A stretch of 58,892 nt of DNA from a virus. Lineage: Duplodnaviria; Caudoviricetes. This document shows, piece by piece, positions 1-8,358 of this stretch (position 1 is its first letter; every line of letters begins with the position of its first letter). The stretch lies in the IMG/VR virus record IMGVR_UViG_3300032320_002219, positions 1 through 58,892 of that record; one strand, 5' to 3'. Both the position numbers and the translations under genes were made by a program. The notes below the pieces were generated by a model. It saw only the letters and a program-made list of their open reading frames with translations, did no database searches and was not told the origin of the DNA.

Positions 1-68
1 CAGGGAGGGCGGCGCACCAGGGAGGGCGGCGCACCAGGGAGGGCGGCGCACCAGGGAGGACGGCGCAC
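1..68. repeat. 17-bp tandem array CAGGGAGG(G/A)CGGCGCAC x4, continuing from the contig end
   Basis: Units at 1-17, 18-34, 35-51 (G variant) and 52-68 (A variant); the same unit occurs at 58811-58892. Confidence 0.97.
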
Positions 69-71
69 CCA

Positions 72-125
72 GGCGGCAGGCGGCGGGCGGCGGGCGGCGG
101 GCGGCGGGCGGCGGCGGGCGGCGGG
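72..125 (+). repeat. 7-bp GGCGGCG tandem repeat with six GGG tracts
   Basis: GGG at 85, 92, 99, 106, 116 and 123. Confidence 0.9.
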
Positions 126-166
126 CCGGCCACCGCCGGGGCTGTCCATACATAGACCCCGCTGTG

Positions 167-276
167 GCAAAGACCCCTCCATCGCAAAGACCCGTCCGAT
201 GCAAAGACCCGTCCGATGCAAAGACCCGTCCGATGCAAAGACCCGTCCGATGCAAAGACCCGTCCGATGCAAAGAC
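167..276. repeat. 17-bp tandem array GCAAAGACCCGTCCGAT
   Basis: Five perfect copies at 184-268, a degenerate copy at 167-183 and a partial copy at 269-276. Confidence 0.97.
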
Positions 277-287
277 TTTTTTCGCTT

Positions 288-303
288 TGGCACGACTTGT
301 GCA
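288..303 (+). promoter_or_regulatory. putative sigma54 (-24/-12) promoter
   Basis: TGGCACG-ACTT-GTGCA (GG-N10-GC), 45 bp before the first plus-strand ATG. Confidence 0.7.
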
Positions 304-347
304 GTAGGTGAAATCCAGACAAGGCAAACGAAACAGGAGACAAACCC

Positions 348-737
348 ATGACCAAGCGAACCATCGAAGTAGACGACGTTCTTCCCGGCTGTGTCGATAC
401 GGCCGTCGAGGAAACCGAGCGCATGCTGCGGGAGTATCTGGAAGAAAACCCCGACCTCGACGAGCCGCCGTGCCTGTCGAACGACCTCGATTACGACGGC
501 AGGTTCCACGAAATGATCGACGGGTGCGTCCCTATCTGGACTAACAAAATTGAGGCGGCGTGGTTCCTCCACGGTAGCGACCTTGAACAAGCCTACGAGA
601 ACGCCGGAGTTGGGGAGAACCCGCGAGAGAACAGCGGCATGGCGGCTATCTACTACTACATCTATGAGCGGGCCGCTGACTGGTACACGAAAAACGTGGA
701 CCGGATTTGGGAAGAAACCAAGGGGGGCAAGGAATGA
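348..737 (+). CDS. hypothetical acidic protein
   Basis: RBS CAGGAG; 129 aa; stop overlaps the next start. Confidence 0.8.
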   Translation: MTKRTIEVDDVLPGCVDTAVEETERMLREYLEENPDLDEPPCLSNDLDYDGRFHEMIDGCVPIWTNKIEAAWFLHGSDLEQAYENAGVGENPRENSGMAAIYYYIYERAADWYTKNVDRIWEETKGGKE

Positions 738-1165
738 CCACGGCAATTTTCAATGGGGAGCCGCTGCAGCTCGACGCCAGGCGCATTTCCCTTGTGTTCA
801 ACAAGACGCACGGGGAATCGTCTTACCCGAACGCGGTAAACATAACGCCGCAAAGTTCGCTGGAGTATTTCCGTGGGATGGGCGAACCGTCCGACGTTGC
901 CGAGGCGTTCTTTCGTGCAATCGTCCACGACTGGGAAGGCCCGGTGAGCCGCGAAGCGCTGGTGAATTCGCAGCCATGCTTTCGCCGGCTTGCGGCCATG
1001 CTTGAGCAGTCGGTGCGGCTGATGATCGAGGGCCGGCAGTTTGCCTGGAAGTATCCAGAGGACGGGCTGCACCCAATGTATCAAGGCAATATCGCGGACG
1101 TAGTTATCGCTATGGGTGACGCCGGAAAACTCCGCTCGGTCCTGGCACGGCACTTGCAGAAGTAA
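734..1165 (+). CDS. hypothetical protein
   Basis: ATGA overlap with the upstream gene. Confidence 0.75.
   Translation: MTTAIFNGEPLQLDARRISLVFNKTHGESSYPNAVNITPQSSLEYFRGMGEPSDVAEAFFRAIVHDWEGPVSREALVNSQPCFRRLAAMLEQSVRLMIEGRQFAWKYPEDGLHPMYQGNIADVVIAMGDAGKLRSVLARHLQK
1143..1158 (+). promoter_or_regulatory. sigma54-type promoter
   Basis: TGGCACG-GCAC-TTGCA, perfect consensus, followed by AAGGAG RBS and ATG at 1189. Confidence 0.8.
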
Positions 1166-1188
1166 ACAAACAGAAGGAGACCCGAGCG

Positions 1189-1380
1189 ATGAAAACAGAA
1201 GAACAAGAATCTCTAAAAAAGTGCTGCCTGTGCGGCTTCAGTATTCAGCCGGTTGGCGACTGGGTGCACGGGCACAACGCCGAGCCGGCCGCGGACGGTC
1301 GGTGCTGCGACGAGTGCAATTCCTGCGTGGTGATTCCGCTGAGACTTTTGGAACTCATGAAAAGGAGACCCGAACGATGA
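1189..1380 (+). CDS. small Cys-rich (Zn-finger-like) protein
   Basis: CCLC...CCDEC; strong RBS. Confidence 0.75.
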   Translation: MKTEEQESLKKCCLCGFSIQPVGDWVHGHNAEPAADGRCCDECNSCVVIPLRLLELMKRRPER

Positions 1381-1565
1381 AAGCGGAACAGGAAATGCTC
1401 GAAGCGCTAAGGCGCGCCGAGAACGCGCTTCGATGGGCTGCGCGGAGGTGCGTCGGTCGAGTACGGAAAGATGTTGTCGGCGGTTTCCTTCACGAGGCAA
1501 ACGTCGTTCGTGATGCCATCGAAAGGGCTGAACACGCAGCAAAGGCTACAGGGGAACACTCATGA
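1377..1565 (+). CDS. hypothetical protein
   Basis: RBS AAGGAGACCCGAACG-ATG; ATGA overlaps on both sides. Confidence 0.7.
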   Translation: MKAEQEMLEALRRAENALRWAARRCVGRVRKDVVGGFLHEANVVRDAIERAEHAAKATGEHS

Positions 1566-2257
1566 GAGTTCTTGATTTGTATTGCGGTGCAGGGATGGCC
1601 GGCGAAGGCTACAGGCGGGCACTATTCGACGTTGTTGGCTGGGACATTCGCCCGCAGCCAAACTACCCGTACGAGTTTCATCAAGGCAGTGCGCTCGACG
1701 TTCTCCGCGACCGCGACTACCTGCGGCAGTTCGATCTGATTCATGCGTCCCCTCCGTGCCAAGCACACACAAGGGCGAAGCACCTGCGAGATGCGCAGGG
1801 CGGCAAAAGCAAGTACGGCGATCTTCTGACGCCGACGCTCGAACTACTCCGCGACTGCGGCGTGCCTTGGGTTGTGGAAAACGTGCAGGGAGCCCCCGGC
1901 ATGGAAAATGCTGTGATTGAGTGTGGGTCGGCGTATGGATTGAAAGTTCGCCGACACCGATACTTCCTGGCGTCGTTTCCGCTGGTCGGGTCTGGGTGCA
2001 AACACAAAGAGCAGGGCAAACCAATCGGCGTGTATCACGCGATGAACGACACCTGCAAAGGCGTATGCAAAAAAACCGGAAAGTTGGTGATTGGCGGATC
2101 GACGGCGCGAACGGTCGAGGAGGGTCGTTTTGCTATGGGCGTCGATCGTCCGATTTCGTGGAATGAACTGAAAGAAGGTTTCCCGCCGGCGTACACGGCG
2201 CACGTTGGAGCGCAGGCTGCAGCGTGGATTCAACAACAACTGGAGAAAGTGGCATGA
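1562..2257 (+). CDS. DNA cytosine-C5 methyltransferase
   Basis: Motif I VLDLYCGAG, catalytic SPPCQ, ENV and RRHR motifs. Confidence 0.9.
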   Translation: MRVLDLYCGAGMAGEGYRRALFDVVGWDIRPQPNYPYEFHQGSALDVLRDRDYLRQFDLIHASPPCQAHTRAKHLRDAQGGKSKYGDLLTPTLELLRDCGVPWVVENVQGAPGMENAVIECGSAYGLKVRRHRYFLASFPLVGSGCKHKEQGKPIGVYHAMNDTCKGVCKKTGKLVIGGSTARTVEEGRFAMGVDRPISWNELKEGFPPAYTAHVGAQAAAWIQQQLEKVA

Positions 2258-2493
2258 CATTCGCAGAGTGGGTCAAGACAGGACAGCGAACCACTGACGT
2301 TTCTGTTCTTGAGGAATCATTTGGTTATCCGGTGCTCAACGCTGTGGCTGCGATCCTCTACAAGCCTGGGGCAATCGCTGAACTGCCAAATGGAGAGTTC
2401 TTCACGCATATCGGCCGCAGCGAATACACCGGAACGAAGGAAGAAATCGAGAAAGTTTTGTGGGAAGAATACGCAGAAATGGAGACAAAGTAA
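2254..2493 (+). CDS. hypothetical protein
   Basis: Coupled start/stop with neighbours. Confidence 0.7.
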   Translation: MTFAEWVKTGQRTTDVSVLEESFGYPVLNAVAAILYKPGAIAELPNGEFFTHIGRSEYTGTKEEIEKVLWEEYAEMETK

Positions 2494-2798
2494 TGAGCGG
2501 ACACACGCCAGGGCCGTGGTGGATTGAAAACGAAAAAGACAGCGAAGGCCCGCGGGAAATAAGCGACTGCTACGGGAGGACCGCGGAGGTGTACGGAGAA
2601 GGCAGCGAGGGGGACGCAAACGCCCGTCTGATTGCTGCCGCCCCGGAGTTGCTGGCTGCCCTGAAGGAGGCAGCGCAGGAACTATCGCTGGTATGCAAGT
2701 GGTTTGATCATCCTGAGCAAACCACAACCGAGACTTTGAGGCGGGCGACATCCGCAATCGCCAAGGCCGAAGGATCGGCACGGAACTTGCAGAAGTAA
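2493..2798 (+). CDS. phage hypothetical protein (HTPGPW...NARLIAAAPELL family)
   Basis: Motifs widespread among phage early proteins. Confidence 0.8.
   Translation: MSGHTPGPWWIENEKDSEGPREISDCYGRTAEVYGEGSEGDANARLIAAAPELLAALKEAAQELSLVCKWFDHPEQTTTETLRRATSAIAKAEGSARNLQK
2776..2791 (+). promoter_or_regulatory. sigma54-type promoter
   Basis: CGGCACG-GAAC-TTGCA within a 53-bp near-duplicate of 1143-1195. Confidence 0.8.
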
Positions 2799-2821
2799 GC
2801 AAACACAAGGAGACCCGAACG

Positions 2822-3154
2822 ATGAAAATAGAACCAGTCAGCATTGAGGGGGACGGCAGCAGCCTGTGGTGCGATGACTCCAGCGGCAGGTATGTCGTGA
2901 CGCACATGGAAACCAGAAATCTTTGCAACACGAAAGACCCCTACGAACTTGTTCTGCATGGCCCCAACACAAAATGGGGGCACTACACGGACAACGCAAT
3001 CGAAGAAAACGTGAACCGCGTGTTCGTTCCTCTTTTGCAGAAGGCATATCCCAACCACTCCATCGCAAGGGTCACCTGGAGCGAACAGGGAATGCAGCCA
3101 GACAACGGATGGAGTTTTGACATTCACGGGGAAGAAAAGGAGGCCCGTTCATGA
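2822..3154 (+). CDS. hypothetical protein
   Basis: Strong RBS; 110 aa. Confidence 0.75.
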   Translation: MKIEPVSIEGDGSSLWCDDSSGRYVVTHMETRNLCNTKDPYELVLHGPNTKWGHYTDNAIEENVNRVFVPLLQKAYPNHSIARVTWSEQGMQPDNGWSFDIHGEEKEARS

Positions 3155-3420
3155 CAACAAACGGATTTACGCAGGACATTATCACCATGTTTCAGTCTGC
3201 CCCGATGGGGCGAACTCTTGCCCGCAAGGCCATCGGCCTTATGGAGCAGGAGGGCGGCGACATTGCGGAAACCATGAAGCAGGGAGTCATTCAGGCGCTG
3301 TCACCTGAGATGCAAGGGGCAAACCCGCTGGTAGCGCAAGTCGTGGCACGCGCCTTGCTTGAGCACGTTGATTGGCAGCAGGTGGTGCTATCGGTCGCAA
3401 CCGACGAATCGAGGAACTGA
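3151..3420 (+). CDS. hypothetical protein
   Basis: RBS AAGGAGG; coupled to neighbours. Confidence 0.75.
   Translation: MTTNGFTQDIITMFQSAPMGRTLARKAIGLMEQEGGDIAETMKQGVIQALSPEMQGANPLVAQVVARALLEHVDWQQVVLSVATDESRN
3344..3359 (+). promoter_or_regulatory. sigma54-type promoter
   Basis: TGGCACG-CGCC-TTGCT, about 60 bp upstream of the glycosylase ATG. Confidence 0.7.
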
Positions 3421-3890
3421 TGCAAACCTTCCTCCCCTACGACAATTTCATCGACTCTGCCATGTGCCTCGACTACAAGCGGCTCGGAAAACAGCGGGTC
3501 GAGTGCAAGCAGATTTTGCAGGCGCTCGGCGTGCCGGTTGGTGGCCCGCTGCGTGATAAGCCAAGCAGCTGGCGCAATCACCCTGCGACCCGTATGTGGC
3601 AAGGCTACGAGTATTCGCTGTGCCTGTATGCGATTACAGTCTGCGCTGAGTGGCGGCGTCGAGGCTACAGAGACACACTACGCGATCAGTTTTCCTACGC
3701 TGCAGCGTGCATCATCGAGCAGGGGCGCGACGATTGCGGCAGGCCACCTTGGCTCGGGTGCGAGGAATTCCATTCCTCACACAGAAGCAACCTGCTTCGC
3801 AAACTTCCGTCGCACTACGGTCAGTTCGGGTGGAGCGAGCCAGACAATCTTGAGTATGTCTGGCCGATCGGCACGGCAGTTGCACTTTAG
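3420..3890 (+). CDS. pyrimidine-dimer DNA glycosylase-like protein (MSMEG_6728 / DenV-related family)
   Basis: MQTFLPY...LDYKRLGKQRVE...NHPATRMW...SHRSNLLRK...YVWP. Confidence 0.85.
   Translation: MQTFLPYDNFIDSAMCLDYKRLGKQRVECKQILQALGVPVGGPLRDKPSSWRNHPATRMWQGYEYSLCLYAITVCAEWRRRGYRDTLRDQFSYAAACIIEQGRDDCGRPPWLGCEEFHSSHRSNLLRKLPSHYGQFGWSEPDNLEYVWPIGTAVAL
3869..3884 (+). promoter_or_regulatory. sigma54-type promoter
   Basis: CGGCACG-GCAG-TTGCA, followed by AAGGAG and ATG at 3912. Confidence 0.8.
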
Positions 3891-3911
3891 TCAAACCGAA
3901 AGGAGATCGAG

Positions 3912-4106
3912 ATGAGAAAGCAAGCACCAGTGTTTCTGACAAAGCGAGAAGCCAACGCAGTGATGAGCGCCTTCGACGAACTGTTCAGAGTCTTCCCAGG
4001 TGGGCCTGACTGTCCGAAGTGCGCGAAGTCGCTGTGGAGGGCAATCGAAAAGATCGACGCCGCGTTCGGCATGAACATTCTTCAAGAGGAGGTCAGCGAT
4101 GAGTGA
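3912..4106 (+). CDS. small hypothetical protein (CPKC)
   Basis: RBS; 64 aa. Confidence 0.7.
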   Translation: MRKQAPVFLTKREANAVMSAFDELFRVFPGGPDCPKCAKSLWRAIEKIDAAFGMNILQEEVSDE

Positions 4107-4545
4107 TTTTATTTCCAACTACGCTTCCTACGTTGAGAAGCAACGCAAAGAAGCCGCAGTGTCACGCAAGAATCTCATTCGTGCCCTGCGAGACGCTGGC
4201 GTCACGAAGGTGACGGTTGAGTTCGACGGGTCGGGGGACAGCGGGAATATCTACGAGCCCGTGTTTGACCCGCCCGTGAAAAACATCATGGGCCGCGAGG
4301 TTCCTGACACGCAGTTCGAGGCAAGCGACTGGTCCGACGGCACGCTGAAAAAAGTTGTCCGCAACAAGTCAATCCGAGACCTGCTCGATGACGTCTGCTA
4401 CGGCATCCTCGGCGCAGAACACGGGGGCTGGGAGATAAACGAGGGCTCGTTCGGGACGTTTCATATCAACGTCGAAAAGGACGCCGTTGCCCTGGACTAC
4501 AACCACCGTCGTGAGTGCTACGACTCGTACGAGGAGGAGTATTGA
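4099..4545 (+). CDS. DUF6878-like protein
   Basis: VEFDGSGDSG and GWEINEGSFGT motifs; RBS GAGGAGG. Confidence 0.75.
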   Translation: MSDFISNYASYVEKQRKEAAVSRKNLIRALRDAGVTKVTVEFDGSGDSGNIYEPVFDPPVKNIMGREVPDTQFEASDWSDGTLKKVVRNKSIRDLLDDVCYGILGAEHGGWEINEGSFGTFHINVEKDAVALDYNHRRECYDSYEEEY

Positions 4546-4546
4546 A

Positions 4547-4912
4547 ATGGCCCACTCGTACCACCATGCGGTCAGTTCGCAGAAAAAGTGGGGCGGCTCA
4601 GTCGAGGACTACCAGCCGATTCACGACTGGTTCGATGAGTCCAAGATGATGATGGCCGACTTCCGGCATCGGGCGCTGCGGCATCACGCGGAGGGGATTT
4701 TTATGGCCGAGCGATTGTTCGGCCACACGATCACCAACTCGGATGGTCGCGTCGTGCCGGTGCGGTTTGTCGGGGAGCAGCACGTTCGCGAGGACTGCGG
4801 CTTCATTCCGTCGATGCAGGACTGGCTGTGCCATATCCGGCCGCAGAAGTGGATGGGCGAGCCGCCAGTGAAGTTGGAAGAAGTTCTGGAACCATCAGTG
4901 GTGGAGGTATGA
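4547..4912 (+). CDS. DUF6915-like protein
   Basis: HHAVSS..KWGG..EDY.PIHDWFD...RHRALRHH..GIF...EQHVRED. Confidence 0.8.
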   Translation: MAHSYHHAVSSQKKWGGSVEDYQPIHDWFDESKMMMADFRHRALRHHAEGIFMAERLFGHTITNSDGRVVPVRFVGEQHVREDCGFIPSMQDWLCHIRPQKWMGEPPVKLEEVLEPSVVEV

Positions 4913-5008
4913 CCATGCAGACCGAACTTGATGACGCGATGGCGGAATTGGAACGGCTTTTGCATGACGCAGAAGAAGCGTACGAGTTGATGGTTTGGGA
5001 GCAAGAAA

Positions 5009-5320
5009 ATGAAGACAGAGATTCTGACTGAATACAGAGTGTCGCCGCGTGTCGTGCTCCGAACGGGCGACAAGTTTCGCGTCACGGGCGGGCCGTACGT
5101 CCGTGGCGGTCAGGGCGAGAAAATCGCAATGGCATACCGTGGGGTTTGCACGTTCGTCAGGGCCGAAAAGATCGGGGCGAGGGTGCATATCTACGCGGTC
5201 AATAAAGATGGATCAGTCCTGCTGCACGTTGCCGGCCGTCGCAGGAACGAGTACCTGCCGGATTTAGTTTGCCGCCCCTATAAAATCAAAGGGCGGGTCA
5301 GGAAGGGAGTTCGTAAATGA
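5009..5320 (+). CDS. hypothetical basic protein
   Basis: ORF in an operon-like array. Confidence 0.65.
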   Translation: MKTEILTEYRVSPRVVLRTGDKFRVTGGPYVRGGQGEKIAMAYRGVCTFVRAEKIGARVHIYAVNKDGSVLLHVAGRRRNEYLPDLVCRPYKIKGRVRKGVRK

Positions 5321-5571
5321 AGAAGAACGCAGAAAACCAAAAGCCATTCACGACGTTCGTGCGCGAGTACATGGCAGGCTTCGTGGCCGGCGAAAGTGCC
5401 GACGAGATTGCGAGGCGGCTGGAGACCACTCCGGCAACGATGCTGGTGTATGCGGCCAGCCTTCGGAAGCGCGGCGTAGCGCTGCCGAAACTGAACGAGC
5501 GATTCGACGCCGGCCACTTGAACGGCATGATCCGGTCCGTGAAAAGAAAGGCGAAGCAATGGGCGCTGTAA
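5317..5571 (+). CDS. putative HTH DNA-binding protein
   Basis: SADEIARRLETTPATM pattern. Confidence 0.6.
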   Translation: MKKNAENQKPFTTFVREYMAGFVAGESADEIARRLETTPATMLVYAASLRKRGVALPKLNERFDAGHLNGMIRSVKRKAKQWAL

Positions 5572-5834
5572 AAGAAGCGATGATGGACTGCCATGAGGCT
5601 GGATTTGTGTGGGTAGACGATGATTTCGCTATCCCGTTCGTCGAAAACCCAGAGGCACGCGACTTGCTTGCTGGTATGCCGCTCAAGCACACTATCACCA
5701 ATCGCTGGGGTGAGCCGGTCGAGTGTCCGGTCATCCCAGTGACGGTGGCCGTGCGCCTTGAGAAGTTGTTTCCAGAAGAAGTGAAAGACACGATCGGGTG
5801 GCAACTCGACATGATTGCGGAGACCCGTCTATGA
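5559..5834 (+). CDS. hypothetical protein
   Basis: Operon position. Confidence 0.6.
   Translation: MGAVKEAMMDCHEAGFVWVDDDFAIPFVENPEARDLLAGMPLKHTITNRWGEPVECPVIPVTVAVRLEKLFPEEVKDTIGWQLDMIAETRL
5653..5668 (+). promoter_or_regulatory. possible sigma54-type promoter
   Basis: AGGCACG-CGAC-TTGCT, co-oriented with the genes. Confidence 0.5.
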
Positions 5835-5978
5835 CAAACAGAATCCAGAAATACGACGCGGCGGCATGGCTGGCGTTTCTCGTCGAGCAGCGGCTCATCG
5901 AGCACGGAGAGCCAGTGGTGGCAGCCCACGAAGCGATGCTGTGCAGTCCAGAAATATGTGAATTTGGGGAGGCCAGCA

Positions 5979-6425
5979 GTGAGCAAGAAGAATGAACTGG
6001 TCGATGCCGACTACATTGCAGACCTCCACGGCGTAAGCCGAAGGACAGTGGTGCGGGCGGCGATCAAAACCAACGCAGCGACGATGCTTGGGAACAAGTA
6101 TTTCGTGAAGCCTGACGTTCTTGGCAAAGACCCGTCCGTGGAAAAAGCGGCGAAGGCTTTGTCTGGTGCGATCACGCTGCAGGAGGCGGCGAATCGGCTC
6201 GGGTGCTCTCGATCCACCATCTTGCGGGTGGTTGAGCGCACGAGCCTCGGCATCAAAGTTGGCGGGCGGCGATATGTTCTTGAGCGTCACCTAGATGACA
6301 TCAAGTTCAACATCTTGAAGCCCGGTTTGCCGTTACGATTCCACGACCCTGCGGAGATGAAGGCCCATGCGTCACGAATGGCTCGAAAACTGTGGCGAGT
6401 GCGGAAATCGGCTAAAGCGGTATGA
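5979..6425 (+). CDS. tandem HTH (excisionase/HTH_17-like) DNA-binding protein
   Basis: IADLHGVSRRTV and ITLQEAANRLGCSRSTI; RBS GGAGG before GTG. Confidence 0.75.
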   Translation: MSKKNELVDADYIADLHGVSRRTVVRAAIKTNAATMLGNKYFVKPDVLGKDPSVEKAAKALSGAITLQEAANRLGCSRSTILRVVERTSLGIKVGGRRYVLERHLDDIKFNILKPGLPLRFHDPAEMKAHASRMARKLWRVRKSAKAV

Positions 6426-6527
6426 CGTACGCGCCTGGCTGGAGCTGCTCGTCGATATGAAGGTTGTCCGCGAGGACAGCCTGGGCGAAGTCGCCCACTC
6501 AATCCGTCGCCGGTTCTTGGACGGCTA

Positions 6528-6806
6528 CTATCCGTGGCAAGTCAAGGACGAATGACGCTTTGAGTGGCACGAACGGCAGAGCACGCGCAGGTTGTGGAGT
6601 TCGTCCGTCCCGTGCGGTTTCTCGATGATATGGTCAACGTGCGCCTCGCGGCCAGACACGATGGCCTTGCAGATTCGGCACTGCGAGCAATCGCGTGCGA
6701 TCACGGCAAGCCTAGTCCTGCGCCACGCAGCGGAGCAGTAGCCTCGCTGCGCGGCGTTTGGCCTAGTCTTTGTCGCCGGCCTGTAAGTCTTGAGCCTCTT
6801 TGGCAC
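6528..6806 (-). CDS. HNH endonuclease (HK97 gp74-like)
   Basis: RGY..W...R...RD...CRIC...VDHII...NL..LC..CH. Confidence 0.9.
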   Translation of the reverse strand: MPKRLKTYRPATKTRPNAAQRGYCSAAWRRTRLAVIARDCSQCRICKAIVSGREAHVDHIIEKPHGTDELHNLRVLCRSCHSKRHSSLTCHG

Positions 6807-7104
6807 GCTTGCTCCACCCAGTCATAAGAACACGATGCGAATCGCGCTCCAGCCACCAGTCGATAACGATGCGAACCAGGGCGTTGATGAACGCCGACAG
6901 CAGGATGATCGCGATCACGCTGCCGTACTGATTCCTGGCACGGATAGTCAGGCGAGCACGCAGAACGTCTTCAATCTTGTCGGAATCGCAGCCGGTTGGC
7001 CAATCGAGTACCGCGGACTCAGTGAGCTGGTCGCGGAGTTTGGGGTGCATGGCAAGCCGAAGACCGCCGGAGCGGCGAACTCGCGCCTTCAGCGGCTCGT
7101 ACAT
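6763..7104 (-). CDS. membrane protein
   Basis: Hydrophobic segment YGSVIAIILLSAFINALVRIVIDWW. Confidence 0.65.
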   Translation of the reverse strand: MYEPLKARVRRSGGLRLAMHPKLRDQLTESAVLDWPTGCDSDKIEDVLRARLTIRARNQYGSVIAIILLSAFINALVRIVIDWWLERDSHRVLMTGWSKRAKEAQDLQAGDKD

Positions 7105-7367
7105 TTTCCATCCTTGCAGACAGCAGACTTGGCCTTGCACGCGCAGGTGTCGGGGCATCGGCAATTCACGACCGAGATGCCGTCGCCACTCTTTTCCTTC
7201 CCTGTGCCGTTGCACTTGCAGCCCTCGACGCAGCCGGTTTTTGGCTGCGGGGGTTCGTGGCAAAGCAAGGAGTAGTGGCCGGTGACGGAAACCCACGGCT
7301 GCAGGTTCGGCGTCGTGTCGCAACCGTGGAAAGCAAGCACCGTGGAAAGCAGCACAGCTTTATACAT
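7089..7367 (-). CDS. Cys-rich putative lipoprotein
   Basis: Signal-like MYKAVLLSTVLAFHGC; multiple CxC motifs. Confidence 0.6.
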   Translation of the reverse strand: MYKAVLLSTVLAFHGCDTTPNLQPWVSVTGHYSLLCHEPPQPKTGCVEGCKCNGTGKEKSGDGISVVNCRCPDTCACKAKSAVCKDGKCTSR

Positions 7368-8358
7368 TTCCAGTGGCCCCGTACGTGGGAAGAGTCCGAA
7401 GCGGCCAGCCGGCAACGCTCGACAGAGCGATGCAGTTGCACCTGTCAATCGTGCTGGCCAACGCCCAAAATGCGCCGCTCGGGAGTTCGTAGTTCGTGCC
7501 GAGAACGCGACGAGGGCCGGAGTTCCAGTTCCCCCATTGGTTGAGCCACGCCACAAGCGGCTGGCCGTACTTCTTTACGGTCTCGGGCCGGTCGTCGTAG
7601 CCGATGAAACTTTGGGCGTGCGCCCAAGTGCCTCGCTGCTGCGAAAAACCGTCTTCGTTTCTCGAGTCCGAGAAACCCATGCTCGAGCAGTTGAAGACGC
7701 CGTAGCCGGCCGCGAGGAAATCTCGTACCTGCTCCCGTCCACGCAAAACAGTCGCGGTTCGAGCTCGGTGCTGCTTGGACTCGGCCAGCCATTTGTCGCC
7801 TGGGCGTTTCGATCCGCCGATCTTGATAGTGCGGTCGGTGTACTTCGTGAGGTCGATCGAAAGGTCCGGGTAGTTCTTCCGAATGAGGAAGCCCTTTTCG
7901 GTGGCCACCTGGGCGGCCTCGGAGCACACCCAGCCGTCTTGGTCGAAGCCCCTCCACGCCCAAAGAGACTCCGACGCAACCGGAATGTTCTTGATGCCCT
8001 CTTTCGAAAGCTCGGGAACGCCCTCGATTTTTCCAGTCTCTTCGTCGGGCTTTCCAGAGACAATCTCGCAGCACGTAGACGTAAGGAGGCAGTTTGCCGC
8101 TGCTTTCGCCACGCAGTCGCCCCAAAGTTGGGGCGGCCCTGGCCAGCAGCCTGGGAAAACGTGCTCGACATGAAGCCAGAGCATCGTGAGTTTTCCGGCC
8201 CCGGCCCCGGCCAGTTCCCATTCGTGCGCAACCTCTGCGCCGATCGGATTGCCGCCGGCACGAACGATGCTGTCTTCAAACAGTTCGTCTGCGCGGGGGT
8301 CTTTCCGGCAGCCGACGAGGCCGGAGTCGTAGGCTACTTTCGGGTCGAAGTCATTCAT
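7360..8358 (-). CDS. papain-like (C1 family) cysteine peptidase
   Basis: Q-LWGD-C, HAQSFIGYDD and LNQWG match the papain Cys/His/Asn motifs. Confidence 0.8.
   Translation of the reverse strand: MNDFDPKVAYDSGLVGCRKDPRADELFEDSIVRAGGNPIGAEVAHEWELAGAGAGKLTMLWLHVEHVFPGCWPGPPQLWGDCVAKAAANCLLTSTCCEIVSGKPDEETGKIEGVPELSKEGIKNIPVASESLWAWRGFDQDGWVCSEAAQVATEKGFLIRKNYPDLSIDLTKYTDRTIKIGGSKRPGDKWLAESKQHRARTATVLRGREQVRDFLAAGYGVFNCSSMGFSDSRNEDGFSQQRGTWAHAQSFIGYDDRPETVKKYGQPLVAWLNQWGNWNSGPRRVLGTNYELPSGAFWALASTIDRCNCIALSSVAGWPLRTLPTYGATGNV

Noticed and set aside
1-276. Terminal repeat arrays as a CRISPR array
   Set aside because: The units are head-to-tail with no unique spacers, and no cas genes are present.
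6800-6815. TGGCACGCTTGC as a sigma54 site
   Set aside because: The GG-to-GC spacing is wrong.
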